From an uncultured Gammaproteobacteria bacterium (GTDB taxonomy: Bacteria > Patescibacteriota > Microgenomatia > UBA10105 > UBA927), in NCBI GenBank assembly GCA_964588145.1, contig CAZPNL010000003.1, forward strand, positions 1-47,586: DNA of 47,586 nucleotides, read 5' to 3'. The position numbers were made by a program, and so were the translations under genes. Shown here piece by piece: positions 37,557 to 45,699 of this stretch (position 1 is its first letter; each line of letters opens with the position of its first letter). A model generated the notes under the pieces. That model was given only the letters and a program-made list of their open reading frames with translations. It was not told the origin of the DNA and did no database searches.

Positions 37557-37670
37557 AGGGGGTTAGGGTTAGGGTTTAGAGTTTAGGGTTTAGAGAGAAG
37601 CTTAGAGGATTAGTTATTTAGAAGCTTAGTAAAAAGGGTTTCGAGTTTCGAAAATCGAGTTTCGAATCAT
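37557..37670. repeat. Degenerate 6-7 nt tandem arrays (TTAGGG/TTTAGAG, TTTCGAG)
   Basis: GGTTAGGGTTAGGGTTTAGAGTTTAGGGTTTAGAG... GTTTCGAGTTTCG. Confidence 0.7.
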
Positions 37671-37764
37671 ATTTTTATGCAATACTCGCTTGCACTTCCC
37701 TAATAACTAAACGAGGGAGAGTATCAGCATTAATATGCTTATAAAATTTGCAATAAATAATCAT

Positions 37765-37825
37765 AAAATCGTCATCCTGAACTTGCTTGCCTCGCCAACG
37801 GCGGGATTCAGGATCAGACGATTTT
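37765..37825. repeat. CGTC-type REP with nested 20-nt mini-palindrome
   Basis: AAAATCGTCATCCTGAACTTG[CTTGCCTCGCCAACGGCGGG]ATTCAGGATCAGACGATTTT. Confidence 0.7.
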
Positions 37826-37878
37826 AACTAAATATAATTTTATGTATTATTTATTTGTAACTTTACAAACTTTACAAA

Positions 37879-38835
37879 TCACACCTTCCAATGCTCTTTC
37901 AATTTCTCATTAGATTCGCTGATAGTTGCATCAATTTCTTCAAGGATGGGGATCCTGCTCTCTGACGTACTTTCTGCAAAAGACTTTGGCTGCCCATTGA
38001 ACCCCTCTAGAAAACTTTGCACATTGTGCTGAAGGTCAACTGCTGTATAGCCGCCCTCAAGAGTAGCAAATGTGGGCACCTGAAGCTCTTTTATTTTCTG
38101 TCCAATGGTATAAAACGTATTACTCGTAAGATGCAGCTGCAACAATGGATCTTTGTGATACCCATCAAACCCAGCAGAAAGTGCCAAAACATCAGGCTTA
38201 AATTTTGAGACATAGGAGAGAGCAACAGTGAGGGCATTTGCATACCCATCATCTCCAGTTTCCACAGGGAGCGGCAAATTTACCGTGTATCCTTTTCCAG
38301 AACCACTACCAAAGTTTTCCACATGTCCACCTCCTGGATACCCCTCCTCCTGATGGGTGCTGACATAGAGAACCTTGTCCGTTTCATAAAACACGTCTGC
38401 AGTGCCATTGCCAAAATGCCCATCAAAGTCAAATATCGCTACTCGTTTTCCGAGGTTGACGAGCCTCATAACTGCGATAGAAATATTGTTAAATATGCAG
38501 AAGCCTTTTCCTCGTGTCGGAAACGCATGGTGTCCGGGCGGGCGGACAAGGGCAAAGTCTCCAGATTTGCTTGCTTCTACTGTCAGGCTAACTGCAGCCA
38601 CTGCTGCTTCAAAGGACCGGGCAGAAGTCGTCGTATCTGGGTCTAGCATTTCGCCATTGTTGCAGGCAGTTTTCACCCTTGAGATATATCCCACGTCATG
38701 GACAAGTGTAAGATATGACTGGGCTGGAGGGTAAAGCGTGATTTCAAGATCTTTAAATTCAGATAGCCGTCCACCACATTCTGGATGTTTACCAGTGTCA
38801 TGGTGCAAGACGTCAGGATGATAAAGAAGTTTCAT
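37879..38835 (-). CDS. Histone deacetylase family (AcuC-like) protein
   Basis: HPE..GRL, RPPGHHA, GFCIFNN, DFDGHFGNG, SAGFDG, EGGY; start trimmed to MKLLYH. Confidence 0.92.
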   Translation of the reverse strand: MKLLYHPDVLHHDTGKHPECGGRLSEFKDLEITLYPPAQSYLTLVHDVGYISRVKTACNNGEMLDPDTTTSARSFEAAVAAVSLTVEASKSGDFALVRPPGHHAFPTRGKGFCIFNNISIAVMRLVNLGKRVAIFDFDGHFGNGTADVFYETDKVLYVSTHQEEGYPGGGHVENFGSGSGKGYTVNLPLPVETGDDGYANALTVALSYVSKFKPDVLALSAGFDGYHKDPLLQLHLTSNTFYTIGQKIKELQVPTFATLEGGYTAVDLQHNVQSFLEGFNGQPKSFAESTSESRIPILEEIDATISESNEKLKEHWKV

Positions 38836-38845
38836 ATTTTTAGTT

Positions 38846-39307
38846 TTACGACGTACTTTTTGCTTCATCAAGCACCCGTCTAATAAATACAAGTTGATCC
38901 TTGCGGATGATTGGTAGTGTATCAAAACTAAAAAACTGCGCTTCCTTCACCTCGTTTGAGGGAGTAAACGTGCCGCCTATAAAGTGCCCAACATATGTGA
39001 TATCTAGTCTAGCAGTATCTCGATCTGTCCTCGTCTTAAGCTCACGCTCGATAACAACAGTAAGTCCAGTTTCTTCCTCAATCTCTCGAGCTAAACCTTC
39101 TTTAGGATGCTCTTTAGCATGCAGATACCCACCAGGGAGACTCCAGTCACCCCGATACGTATGTCGAACGAGTAAAATCTCATTTTTATCATTTAGTATG
39201 ATTCCTGTTGTTCCCACAAGAAACTCATCTTGGACAACACGCATCACCCGCAGTTGTAGATCTTTTGGGAGCCCTAATTGTTTCCAGATTTTACCAAGTA
39301 TGCCCAT
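38846..39307 (-). CDS. NUDIX hydrolase
   Basis: LPGG...KEGLAREIEEETGL Nudix box. Confidence 0.92.
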   Translation of the reverse strand: MGILGKIWKQLGLPKDLQLRVMRVVQDEFLVGTTGIILNDKNEILLVRHTYRGDWSLPGGYLHAKEHPKEGLAREIEEETGLTVVIERELKTRTDRDTARLDITYVGHFIGGTFTPSNEVKEAQFFSFDTLPIIRKDQLVFIRRVLDEAKSTS

Positions 39308-39319
39308 GGTGCTTTAGGG

Positions 39320-39664
39320 TTAAAGAGAATCATCATCGACATTTTCTTCACCAAGCCGCGTTTTTAGACGTGTGTTTTCAAGTTCTAATATGTGAATTCT
39401 TTTGGTAAGTTCAACATTTTCTTTTTGTGCCTCTTTGAGCCCTTTGTCGCGTCCCTTGAGGGAAAACATAGTCGAGATAGCTTTAACCATATACAAAAGT
39501 GAACCAATAATCAGGCCTAGGGTAAGACTTGCTAAAATTGCCATATAAGTAGGTATACCTGAGTAATTTGCACCTAGCAAACGAATATCGATGGGAGTTG
39601 TATTTTGCGTAGCAAAATAGGCAAAAGCCACACCAAAAATAACAAAAAGTATGAGCGCAATCAT
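39320..39664 (-). CDS. LapA/DUF1049-family membrane protein with coiled-coil tail
   Basis: FAYFATQNTTPIDI pattern; start trimmed to MIALIL. Confidence 0.75.
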   Translation of the reverse strand: MIALILFVIFGVAFAYFATQNTTPIDIRLLGANYSGIPTYMAILASLTLGLIIGSLLYMVKAISTMFSLKGRDKGLKEAQKENVELTKRIHILELENTRLKTRLGEENVDDDSL

Positions 39665-39966
39665 CGTAGGGACACTATATCGATTTAGGCAGTGAAGGTC
39701 AAGAAAGGAAGAATAAATGGGCTGCGTCAAGCTTCAGGCATCATGCGTCAGGTGTCCCGACTTCGTCATGGCTACGGCGGGCAGACAGGTGTCAATAGCT
39801 GCATATCACGCGTCATGTATCAAGCGTCTGTTGTCGAGCATTGGTATCACCTATCAAATATCAAGTATCAAGTTGAACAGCAGTAAACTTTTTTGAAAAT
39901 TGTAATTTGTAATTTGTATTGAATTTGTCCTCCGGCTGGCGGATTTGATGCTTGTAACCTACTGCT

Positions 39967-41001
39967 TTACTGAATCGAATTTTTCACTATCTGCATCACA
40001 AAATCATCAAGCGTCATCCCATGTGCCTTGATAGACACTGTCATCGCATCACGAGGATTTGGATCAAAGCCAGCATTGGCATTAGCCTCCAGGAAATACC
40101 AATGCTCCTTTTCGGGATTGTACCTCAAGTCAAATCTAGCATAGTCACGGAGGCCTAGAGCATAAAACGCCCGAACAGCGTCCTTTTTAATTTGTTGATC
40201 TACGCTCACTCCAAGCTTCTTAGGAGGAGCTACAAAGTGACAACTTTTATATGCAGGCAAGTGTTTGCTCCATTTTTCATCAAATCCATAGATATTCCAT
40301 TTGTTTTTGCCTTTATCTTCCCTAAACGCAATCTCAGCTATAGGAAGTGCAAATGTCTTGTCAGGTGTTTCAAGTACCGTCACCTGCAGTTCTTTGCCGG
40401 GTATAAATTCTTCAGCAAGCAATGCCTGCTTATGTTCCTTGCGCAGCCTACGAACAATTGTTTTAAACTGCTCATATGTGCGCGCTATAGAGTTGTTCGT
40501 AATACCGATACTACAGTGTTCAAACGCCGGCTTAACGATGACTGGATACTTGGAGGGTACGAGACTTTTGCTCAATTTATCTTTTAGTTTAATAATTGTG
40601 TATTGAGGAGTAGGGAGACTATTTTTGTCAAACATGTGCTTGGTACGCACTTTGTTATTTGAGGTTTTGATAGCTTCAAAAGACGAACCAGAATAGGGAA
40701 TCTCCAGACGCTTGAGAATCTTGGCAATCTGTACTTCCATAGCCTTACTGTCTACGAGATTAAAGACAAAGTCTGCCTTTAACTTTTTTAGGTCCGACAA
40801 ATCATCTGGCTGTACCTGTATGATCTGTACCTTGAATCCCTTTTTCTTGAAAAGTCGCTCCATGTACTGCACAATCTCATCTGTTTGATTGTCTACAAGT
40901 GCATGCTCCTTGCTAAAGTACTCCTCCGTAATCTCCTTGGGTACATAGTGATAGAGAAGTGCAATGGTTTTTTTAGTTTTTTTACGCTCAACGGATTTCA
41001 T
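39967..41001 (-). CDS. D-Ala-D-Ala ligase-like ATP-grasp protein
   Basis: FVFNL, PYSGS, NKVRTK, YPVIVKP..EHCSIGI, EEFIPGKE, DYARFDLR, FLEANAN. Confidence 0.8.
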   Translation of the reverse strand: MKSVERKKTKKTIALLYHYVPKEITEEYFSKEHALVDNQTDEIVQYMERLFKKKGFKVQIIQVQPDDLSDLKKLKADFVFNLVDSKAMEVQIAKILKRLEIPYSGSSFEAIKTSNNKVRTKHMFDKNSLPTPQYTIIKLKDKLSKSLVPSKYPVIVKPAFEHCSIGITNNSIARTYEQFKTIVRRLRKEHKQALLAEEFIPGKELQVTVLETPDKTFALPIAEIAFREDKGKNKWNIYGFDEKWSKHLPAYKSCHFVAPPKKLGVSVDQQIKKDAVRAFYALGLRDYARFDLRYNPEKEHWYFLEANANAGFDPNPRDAMTVSIKAHGMTLDDFVMQIVKNSIQ

Positions 41002-41061
41002 AGAATTTTAATATTTATAATGAACACAGTTGAGGTAAATATCAACGGTAAATGATATAAT

Positions 41062-41571
41062 GTGCTTATGCCTGTACCATATTATCGTAAACGAAAATGG
41101 ACTAAAACTCAGCTCAAAATAGCTATATCAGAATCCATAAGTATTCGTCAGATATTAAAAAAGCTAAACTTAAAGGCAGCAGGCGGAAATTACACCCAAA
41201 TACAAAAATATATCAAGCAGTATAAGTTTGATATATCGCATATAAAGGGGAAAGGTTGGAGTAAAAATAAAACAGGTATTGGTATAAATAGATTGTCACT
41301 CAACAAAATATTAGTAGAAAACAGTGATTTTCAAAGTTTTAAATTGAAAAAAAGACTTTTTCAAGCGAAAATAAAAATGCCAATCTGCGAAATATGTGGT
41401 TGGTCAGAAAGAACAATTGATGGTAGAATTCCAGTAGAACTTGATCATATCAACGGCAATAAATTTGATAATCGACTTATTAATTTAAGAATTCTATGTC
41501 CGAACTGTCACAGCCTACAGTCCACACATAGAGGAAAAAATAAAAGATATAAAGGTTCGATGGCGGAATAG
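41062..41571 (+). CDS. HNH endonuclease
   Basis: CEICG...ELDHINGNKFDNRLINLRILCPNCH; stop codon lies inside the downstream tRNA. Confidence 0.9.
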   Translation: MLMPVPYYRKRKWTKTQLKIAISESISIRQILKKLNLKAAGGNYTQIQKYIKQYKFDISHIKGKGWSKNKTGIGINRLSLNKILVENSDFQSFKLKKRLFQAKIKMPICEICGWSERTIDGRIPVELDHINGNKFDNRLINLRILCPNCHSLQSTHRGKNKRYKGSMAE

Positions 41572-41637
41572 GTATACGCGCAGCACTTAAAATGCTGTGG
41601 TGGCAACACCATGTGGGTTCGATTCCCACTCGGACCA
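41554..41637 (+). tRNA. tRNA-Leu(TAA)
   Basis: GGTTCGA/TCGGACC acceptor, CAGCA-CTTAAAA-TGCTG, long variable arm; no intron. Confidence 0.92.
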
Positions 41638-41655
41638 CTAAGATTAAATAAAATT

Positions 41656-41994
41656 ATGATATTTGATTATTTTAAAAAATATCGATCCCTCATATTAACC
41701 ACTCGTGATGGAGCTATGATTCGCAGCCCATCTAAAACACAGGTCTCACAAGCTCTTTCAAGTCTTAAAAAAATCGACACTGAACATCCTGATATTGCGC
41801 TCCATAACAATGAATTTGGAATAAGCATTTTCACTAATAACAAAATTATATTTAGCAATATTGAATCTAAAGATTCTAAGGATTATGAAATGAATTTCCA
41901 AAATGAAAATGACCTTTGGGAAATTATAGAACTGCTTAACCAATATAAGATTCAAGAAATTCAATCAAACTATAGTTGGAAAGTTAGAAAATAA
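41656..41994 (+). CDS. Hypothetical protein
   Basis: AT-rich 112-aa ORF starting MIFDYF; no family recognised. Confidence 0.55.
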   Translation: MIFDYFKKYRSLILTTRDGAMIRSPSKTQVSQALSSLKKIDTEHPDIALHNNEFGISIFTNNKIIFSNIESKDSKDYEMNFQNENDLWEIIELLNQYKIQEIQSNYSWKVRK

Positions 41995-42066
41995 AACAAA
42001 AATACTGTACAATATAAATCTATCTAATTTTACTTTTTGCAATTTAAATTTTAAATTTGTGCTTTA

Positions 42067-42149
42067 CGGGATGTAGTTCATCGCAAGCTGGCGGAGGCTA
42101 GAATGGGACGTCAAACGTCCCTATCGCGTTAGACGCGATGCACACTTTG
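42067..42149 (+). pseudogene. 5'-half relic of tRNA-Pro with two hairpin inserts
   Basis: CGGGATGTAGTTCA[15 nt]GGCTAGAATG[35 nt double hairpin]CACACTTTG. Confidence 0.8.
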
Positions 42150-42193
42150 TTCCGTAATTTTTACGAAATTATAATGCTATTGAAAGATTTAGT

Positions 42194-42270
42194 CGGGATG
42201 TAGTTCAGTTGGCTAGAATGCACGCTTTGGGAGCGTGAGGTCGCCAGTTCGAATCTGGCCATCCCGACCA
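42194..42270 (+). tRNA. tRNA-Pro(TGG)
   Basis: CGGGATG/CATCCCG acceptor, CACGC-TTTGGGA-GCGTG, encoded CCA. Confidence 0.95.
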
Positions 42271-42287
42271 TATTTTACAATACACAC

Positions 42288-43340
42288 TTAAGAAGATCTC
42301 TGGCTAATCAGAGTTAAAAATGAGTGAAGCAAAGCTTTATAATCCGCTGTAACCTTCATTTGCTCAATAACATTATTTGCCGTAGTTACATAGTCGGCAA
42401 TTAGCTTCTTTGTTTGAGTCAAAGCTCCAGACCTCACAAATATATCCTTTACTTCCTCAACATGTTGCTTGTCTATTTGTTTTTGGGAATATAATGTTTT
42501 AAGTCGTTTTGTATCATTATCAGCACCAAGCATTAAAGCATTACATACTAAAAACGTCTGTTTGGCATCGACAATATCTGAACTCGCGGATTTCCCCATT
42601 ATTTGTTCGTCACCAAATGATCCCAATGTATCATCTTGCAACTGAAATGCCCAACCAAAAGCCATACCATACTCTGTAAGTAATTGTTCCAAAGCAGGCG
42701 TAAGATTACCTGAAAGTGTAGCACCCATCAAAAGCGGCATTACCCCTGTATATTCTGCGGTTTTGTATTTCATGACATTTAAAATTCGCTCTTGGGAGAT
42801 TTCCAGAGCACGTGCTGTATCAAGCATTTGTCCAAGTACGACTCGTCGTATGTATTGTGAAAACAGATTAGTTGCATCAAATAGTTGTTTAGCAGGTAAC
42901 GACAAACCACTCAGTGCTTCATACGCATAAAAGTATCCCAAATCACCCGCAAGTATTGCCTGCGATACACCAAAATGTTTATCTCTATGATTAGCCTTTG
43001 CCGCCCACACATGAAAACTCTCTATACCTCTTCGGAGTGGACTCTGATCCATGATGTCATCATGGATCAGTGCGCCAGCATGAAAAAGTTCCGGAGCAAA
43101 GCTTGCTTGATACATATCATTGGTAATTTCCCCACCACAAAGCTCATATCCCAAACAAAAAAGTGCGCCACGAATTTTTTTCCCAAGCCTTGAAATTGTA
43201 AAAAAATACTCAACATAAGGCAAAAGATATGGATCAATCTCTTCCGCTGCATGTATTTGACTATTTGCAAAGCTCTCAAATAGAGGATTACTTACCTCAA
43301 TATACTTTTTTATATATTCTGTCGCCAATGAAGTATTCAT
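42288..43340 (-). CDS. Polyprenyl diphosphate synthase (IdsA/GGPPS type)
   Basis: GKKIRG, LIHDDIMD..RRG (FARM), KTAEY, FQLQDD (SARM). Confidence 0.92.
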   Translation of the reverse strand: MNTSLATEYIKKYIEVSNPLFESFANSQIHAAEEIDPYLLPYVEYFFTISRLGKKIRGALFCLGYELCGGEITNDMYQASFAPELFHAGALIHDDIMDQSPLRRGIESFHVWAAKANHRDKHFGVSQAILAGDLGYFYAYEALSGLSLPAKQLFDATNLFSQYIRRVVLGQMLDTARALEISQERILNVMKYKTAEYTGVMPLLMGATLSGNLTPALEQLLTEYGMAFGWAFQLQDDTLGSFGDEQIMGKSASSDIVDAKQTFLVCNALMLGADNDTKRLKTLYSQKQIDKQHVEEVKDIFVRSGALTQTKKLIADYVTTANNVIEQMKVTADYKALLHSFLTLISQRSS

Positions 43341-43395
43341 ATGTAGTATTATACATGGAGAAAGTTAAATATATTATAAAAAGCAACTTTAAGTT

Positions 43396-43911
43396 ATGAA
43401 AACTGAAGAAGATAAAATAACAACAGTTTCCCAAGACTTACGCTCTCTCTGGAATTTCATCCCAAAATGGGCAAAGTATGGAGCAGCTATAATGCTATTC
43501 ATATACATTGTTATTGCAGCCTTCTACTACAAATCAAATCCTTTAGGACCAGAGCTTTTGGTGAATGGAAAAACCATTAAGCTTCTTGTTGCAGTCACCC
43601 CTGATCAAAAGCAAAAAGGACTAGGATATCGATCGAGTATGCCTGAGGATACAGGAATGGTATTTCCATTCGATACCAAAGAAAAACATGGATTTTGGAT
43701 GAAGGGGATGCAATTTCCCTTAGACTTTGTCTGGATAGATGGAAATACCATTGCAGATATCACAGAAAATGTCCTGCCTCCTGCAAGTGATGGTCCCCTA
43801 CAAACCGTTTCACCAAAAGTACCAGTAGATAAAGTGCTCGAGCTCAACGCCGGGCAGGTGGCAAAACTCGGCCTTAAGGTAGGGGATACGGTCAAATTTC
43901 GCACAAATTAA
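43396..43911 (+). CDS. DUF192 domain protein with N-terminal TM
   Basis: KGLGYR..MPEDTGMVF..FWMKGMQFPLD..VLELNAG. Confidence 0.9.
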   Translation: MKTEEDKITTVSQDLRSLWNFIPKWAKYGAAIMLFIYIVIAAFYYKSNPLGPELLVNGKTIKLLVAVTPDQKQKGLGYRSSMPEDTGMVFPFDTKEKHGFWMKGMQFPLDFVWIDGNTIADITENVLPPASDGPLQTVSPKVPVDKVLELNAGQVAKLGLKVGDTVKFRTN

Positions 43912-44070
43912 ATCCTCAAGTGAGTGAGTATATCTTGCATTCAACCCAAAATCAGGTAAAATTAGAAAGTAACGTTTGTAGTTTGAAGCTGGTCGTTTGA
44001 GGTAAATAAACGAATCTAATAACTTCAATACTATGCTAGGGAAACTGTTCTGAGCAAAAGCGGAATAATA

Positions 44071-44180
44071 GCGGGCTTGCCCGCCGTAGTCCCGCCTTAG
44101 CGAGGTGAATTTGAAGTAGCTAGGGTGTCACAAAAGCGGGCTTGCCCGCCGTAGTCCCGCCTTAGCGGGACGTAGGCGGG
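44071..44180 (+). repeat. Two copies of CTTG-headed palindromic mini-element upstream of tRNA-Gly
   Basis: Identical 32 nt GCGGGCTTGCCCGCCGTAGTCCCGCCTTAGCG at 44071 and 44136. Confidence 0.85.
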
Positions 44181-44246
44181 TGTAGCTCAATGGTAGAGTA
44201 CCAGTTTTCCAAACTGGCTACAGGGGTCCGATTCCCCTCATCCGCT
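44176..44246 (+). tRNA. tRNA-Gly(TCC)
   Basis: GCGGGTG/CATCCGC acceptor, CCAGT-TTTCCAA-ACTGG; T-loop variant TCCGATT. Confidence 0.88.
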
Positions 44247-44425
44247 CAAAAAAAAATTAGGAATCGGACAGTTTGGGGGGGTCCGACTATAGTCCCTTGA
44301 ACGGTAGTGAAAGGGGTTCCCCTCATCCGCTCAAAAAAAAATTAGGAATCGGACAGTTTGGGGGGGTCCGACTATAGTCCCTTGAACGGTAGTGAAAGGG
44401 GTTCCCCTCATCCGCTCAAAAAAAT
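44232..44425 (+). repeat. 85-bp tandem repeat carrying tRNA-Gly 3' end with 30-nt T-loop insert
   Basis: TTCCCCTCATCCGCTC starts at 44232, 44317 and 44402. Confidence 0.92.
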
Positions 44426-44513
44426 AGAGAATCGGGCAATGGGGAGGCAGACTATATTCCCTAAACGATAGCAAAAAAAGAATTTCAATCGTCTGCCTCA
44501 TAAAAAAATTGGT

Positions 44514-44861
44514 ATGTCAAATTCATCAAAAATACTTTCCTTAGCCTCAATAGGAATTGGTGGTATCTGTACGATTACAAGTTTACTTTTTTACTTCATT
44601 GTTTCATCTAAGATTCAAAGTATGTATGCGGACTTTGGAATCGCTTCAAAATCTCAAGCAGTATCTAGCACTTTGCACGGAATATTATTTTTGCTTGGTA
44701 TAACTGATATAGGAGTTGGAATAGTATCTATGAGGTGGAGAAATCAGCCTAAACAATTTATCTATTTACCACTTGTATGTACGGCTGCATCAATCTTGCT
44801 TTTTGGATATATTTTATCTGGACTGATGTTATCAGCCATATCTCCACTTAATTCTTTATAA
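44514..44861 (+). CDS. Hypothetical 3-TM membrane protein
   Basis: 115 aa hydrophobic ORF. Confidence 0.6.
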   Translation: MSNSSKILSLASIGIGGICTITSLLFYFIVSSKIQSMYADFGIASKSQAVSSTLHGILFLLGITDIGVGIVSMRWRNQPKQFIYLPLVCTAASILLFGYILSGLMLSAISPLNSL

Positions 44862-45232
44862 GTTCAAATATACCATTAATTTTCTCTTAAGTTTGACCTG
44901 TTATAATTATACAGTGTTATCTGAGTTAAAATGAGGTTGCTATTGGATACATAATAATTAATTTCAAGGCACAATACGTTATCGGAATATTCAGGGGAGC
45001 ATAGCATTTTTATCTCGCTAAAACGAGATTTATAACCAAAAAGCAGTATAATGTTAATAGATTCACATAGCATGCCCCGTCTCTGACGGGATTAACAAGT
45101 CTGCCTCGCTTTGACGAGAATGAGGGTCAAGGCGGGTAGAGCACCCCGTAAATTCGGGTATAAAAATGAATACTAAGTTCTCGCCCCGTTGAAACGGGAT
45201 GTCGAGCCGGTAGATTATATAATTATTAGGAA

Positions 45233-45293
45233 GCTCTCATAGCATGCCCCGTATGTGACGGGGTCAACGGATAGAGCAACCCGTAAATACGGG
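45233..45293 (+). pseudogene. 5'-half of a split tRNA-Arg-like gene with hairpin insert
   Basis: GCTCTCATAGC[ATGCCCCGTATGTGACGGGG]TCAACGGATAGAGCA; D-loop GGA (A20) is typical of Arg. Confidence 0.75.
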
Positions 45294-45308
45294 ATTAAAT
45301 ATAAAATT

Positions 45309-45380
45309 GTTCTCGTAGCTCAATGGATAGAGCAAGCCCCTTCTAAGGGTTAGATGAGAGTTCGATTCTCTCCGAGAACG
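45309..45380 (+). tRNA. tRNA-Arg(TCT)
   Basis: GTTCTCG/CGAGAAC acceptor, AGCCC-CTTCTAA-GGGTT. Confidence 0.92.
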
Positions 45381-45391
45381 CATATTGAGGA

Positions 45392-45433
45392 ATTTACGGG
45401 GAGGTTGCAGGTTCGATTCCTGCTGGGAGCGCA
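45392..45433 (+). pseudogene. 3'-half of the split tRNA-Arg-like gene
   Basis: AGGTT-GCAGG-TTCGATT-CCTGC-TGGGAGC-G; TGGGAGC pairs with GCTCTCA at 45233. Confidence 0.8.
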
Positions 45434-45435
45434 TG

Positions 45436-45589
45436 AGAAGAGTTTAGTGATTAGAGTTTAGAAAGAAGCTTAGAAGCTTAGTTCTGCCGTTTGTCGTTTG
45501 AAGTTTGAGGTTTGAAGAATGATGAATTTCGAGTTTCGCCTGCCGGCCGTAGCCCTGCCTGACGGCAGGCAGGCCTGGCGAAGGCTGGG
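45436..45589. repeat. Heptamer arrays followed by nested CCTG-headed palindromes
   Basis: TTAGAAG/TTTGAAG/TTTCGAG arrays; CCTGCCGGCCGTAGC[CCTGCCTGACGGCAGGCAGG]CCTGGCGAAGGCTGGG. Confidence 0.7.
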
Positions 45590-45699
45590 GCTTCGATTGT
45601 CGGTAGGAAAATTTTCATTTACGAAAATCCGATTGTTAATATTGTTTAAAAGATTTCACTAATTATGATCAAACTTCGTCTATTAATAAAAAGTCTTTC

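Noticed and set aside
37560-37590. Eukaryotic telomere contamination
   Set aside because: There are only two exact TTAGGG units, inside a degenerate heptamer array that resembles the one at 45436.
41554-41637. Group I intron in tRNA-Leu(UAA)
   Set aside because: The anticodon loop is intact; the HNH lies upstream, not within.
44232-44425. 85-bp repeats as CRISPR, or as group I intron 3' ends (minus strand reads GACTATAGTCGGAC, like a P7/S element)
   Set aside because: The units are identical and explained as tRNA T-arm copies with an insert; no matching P7 5' (R) element or intron core was found.
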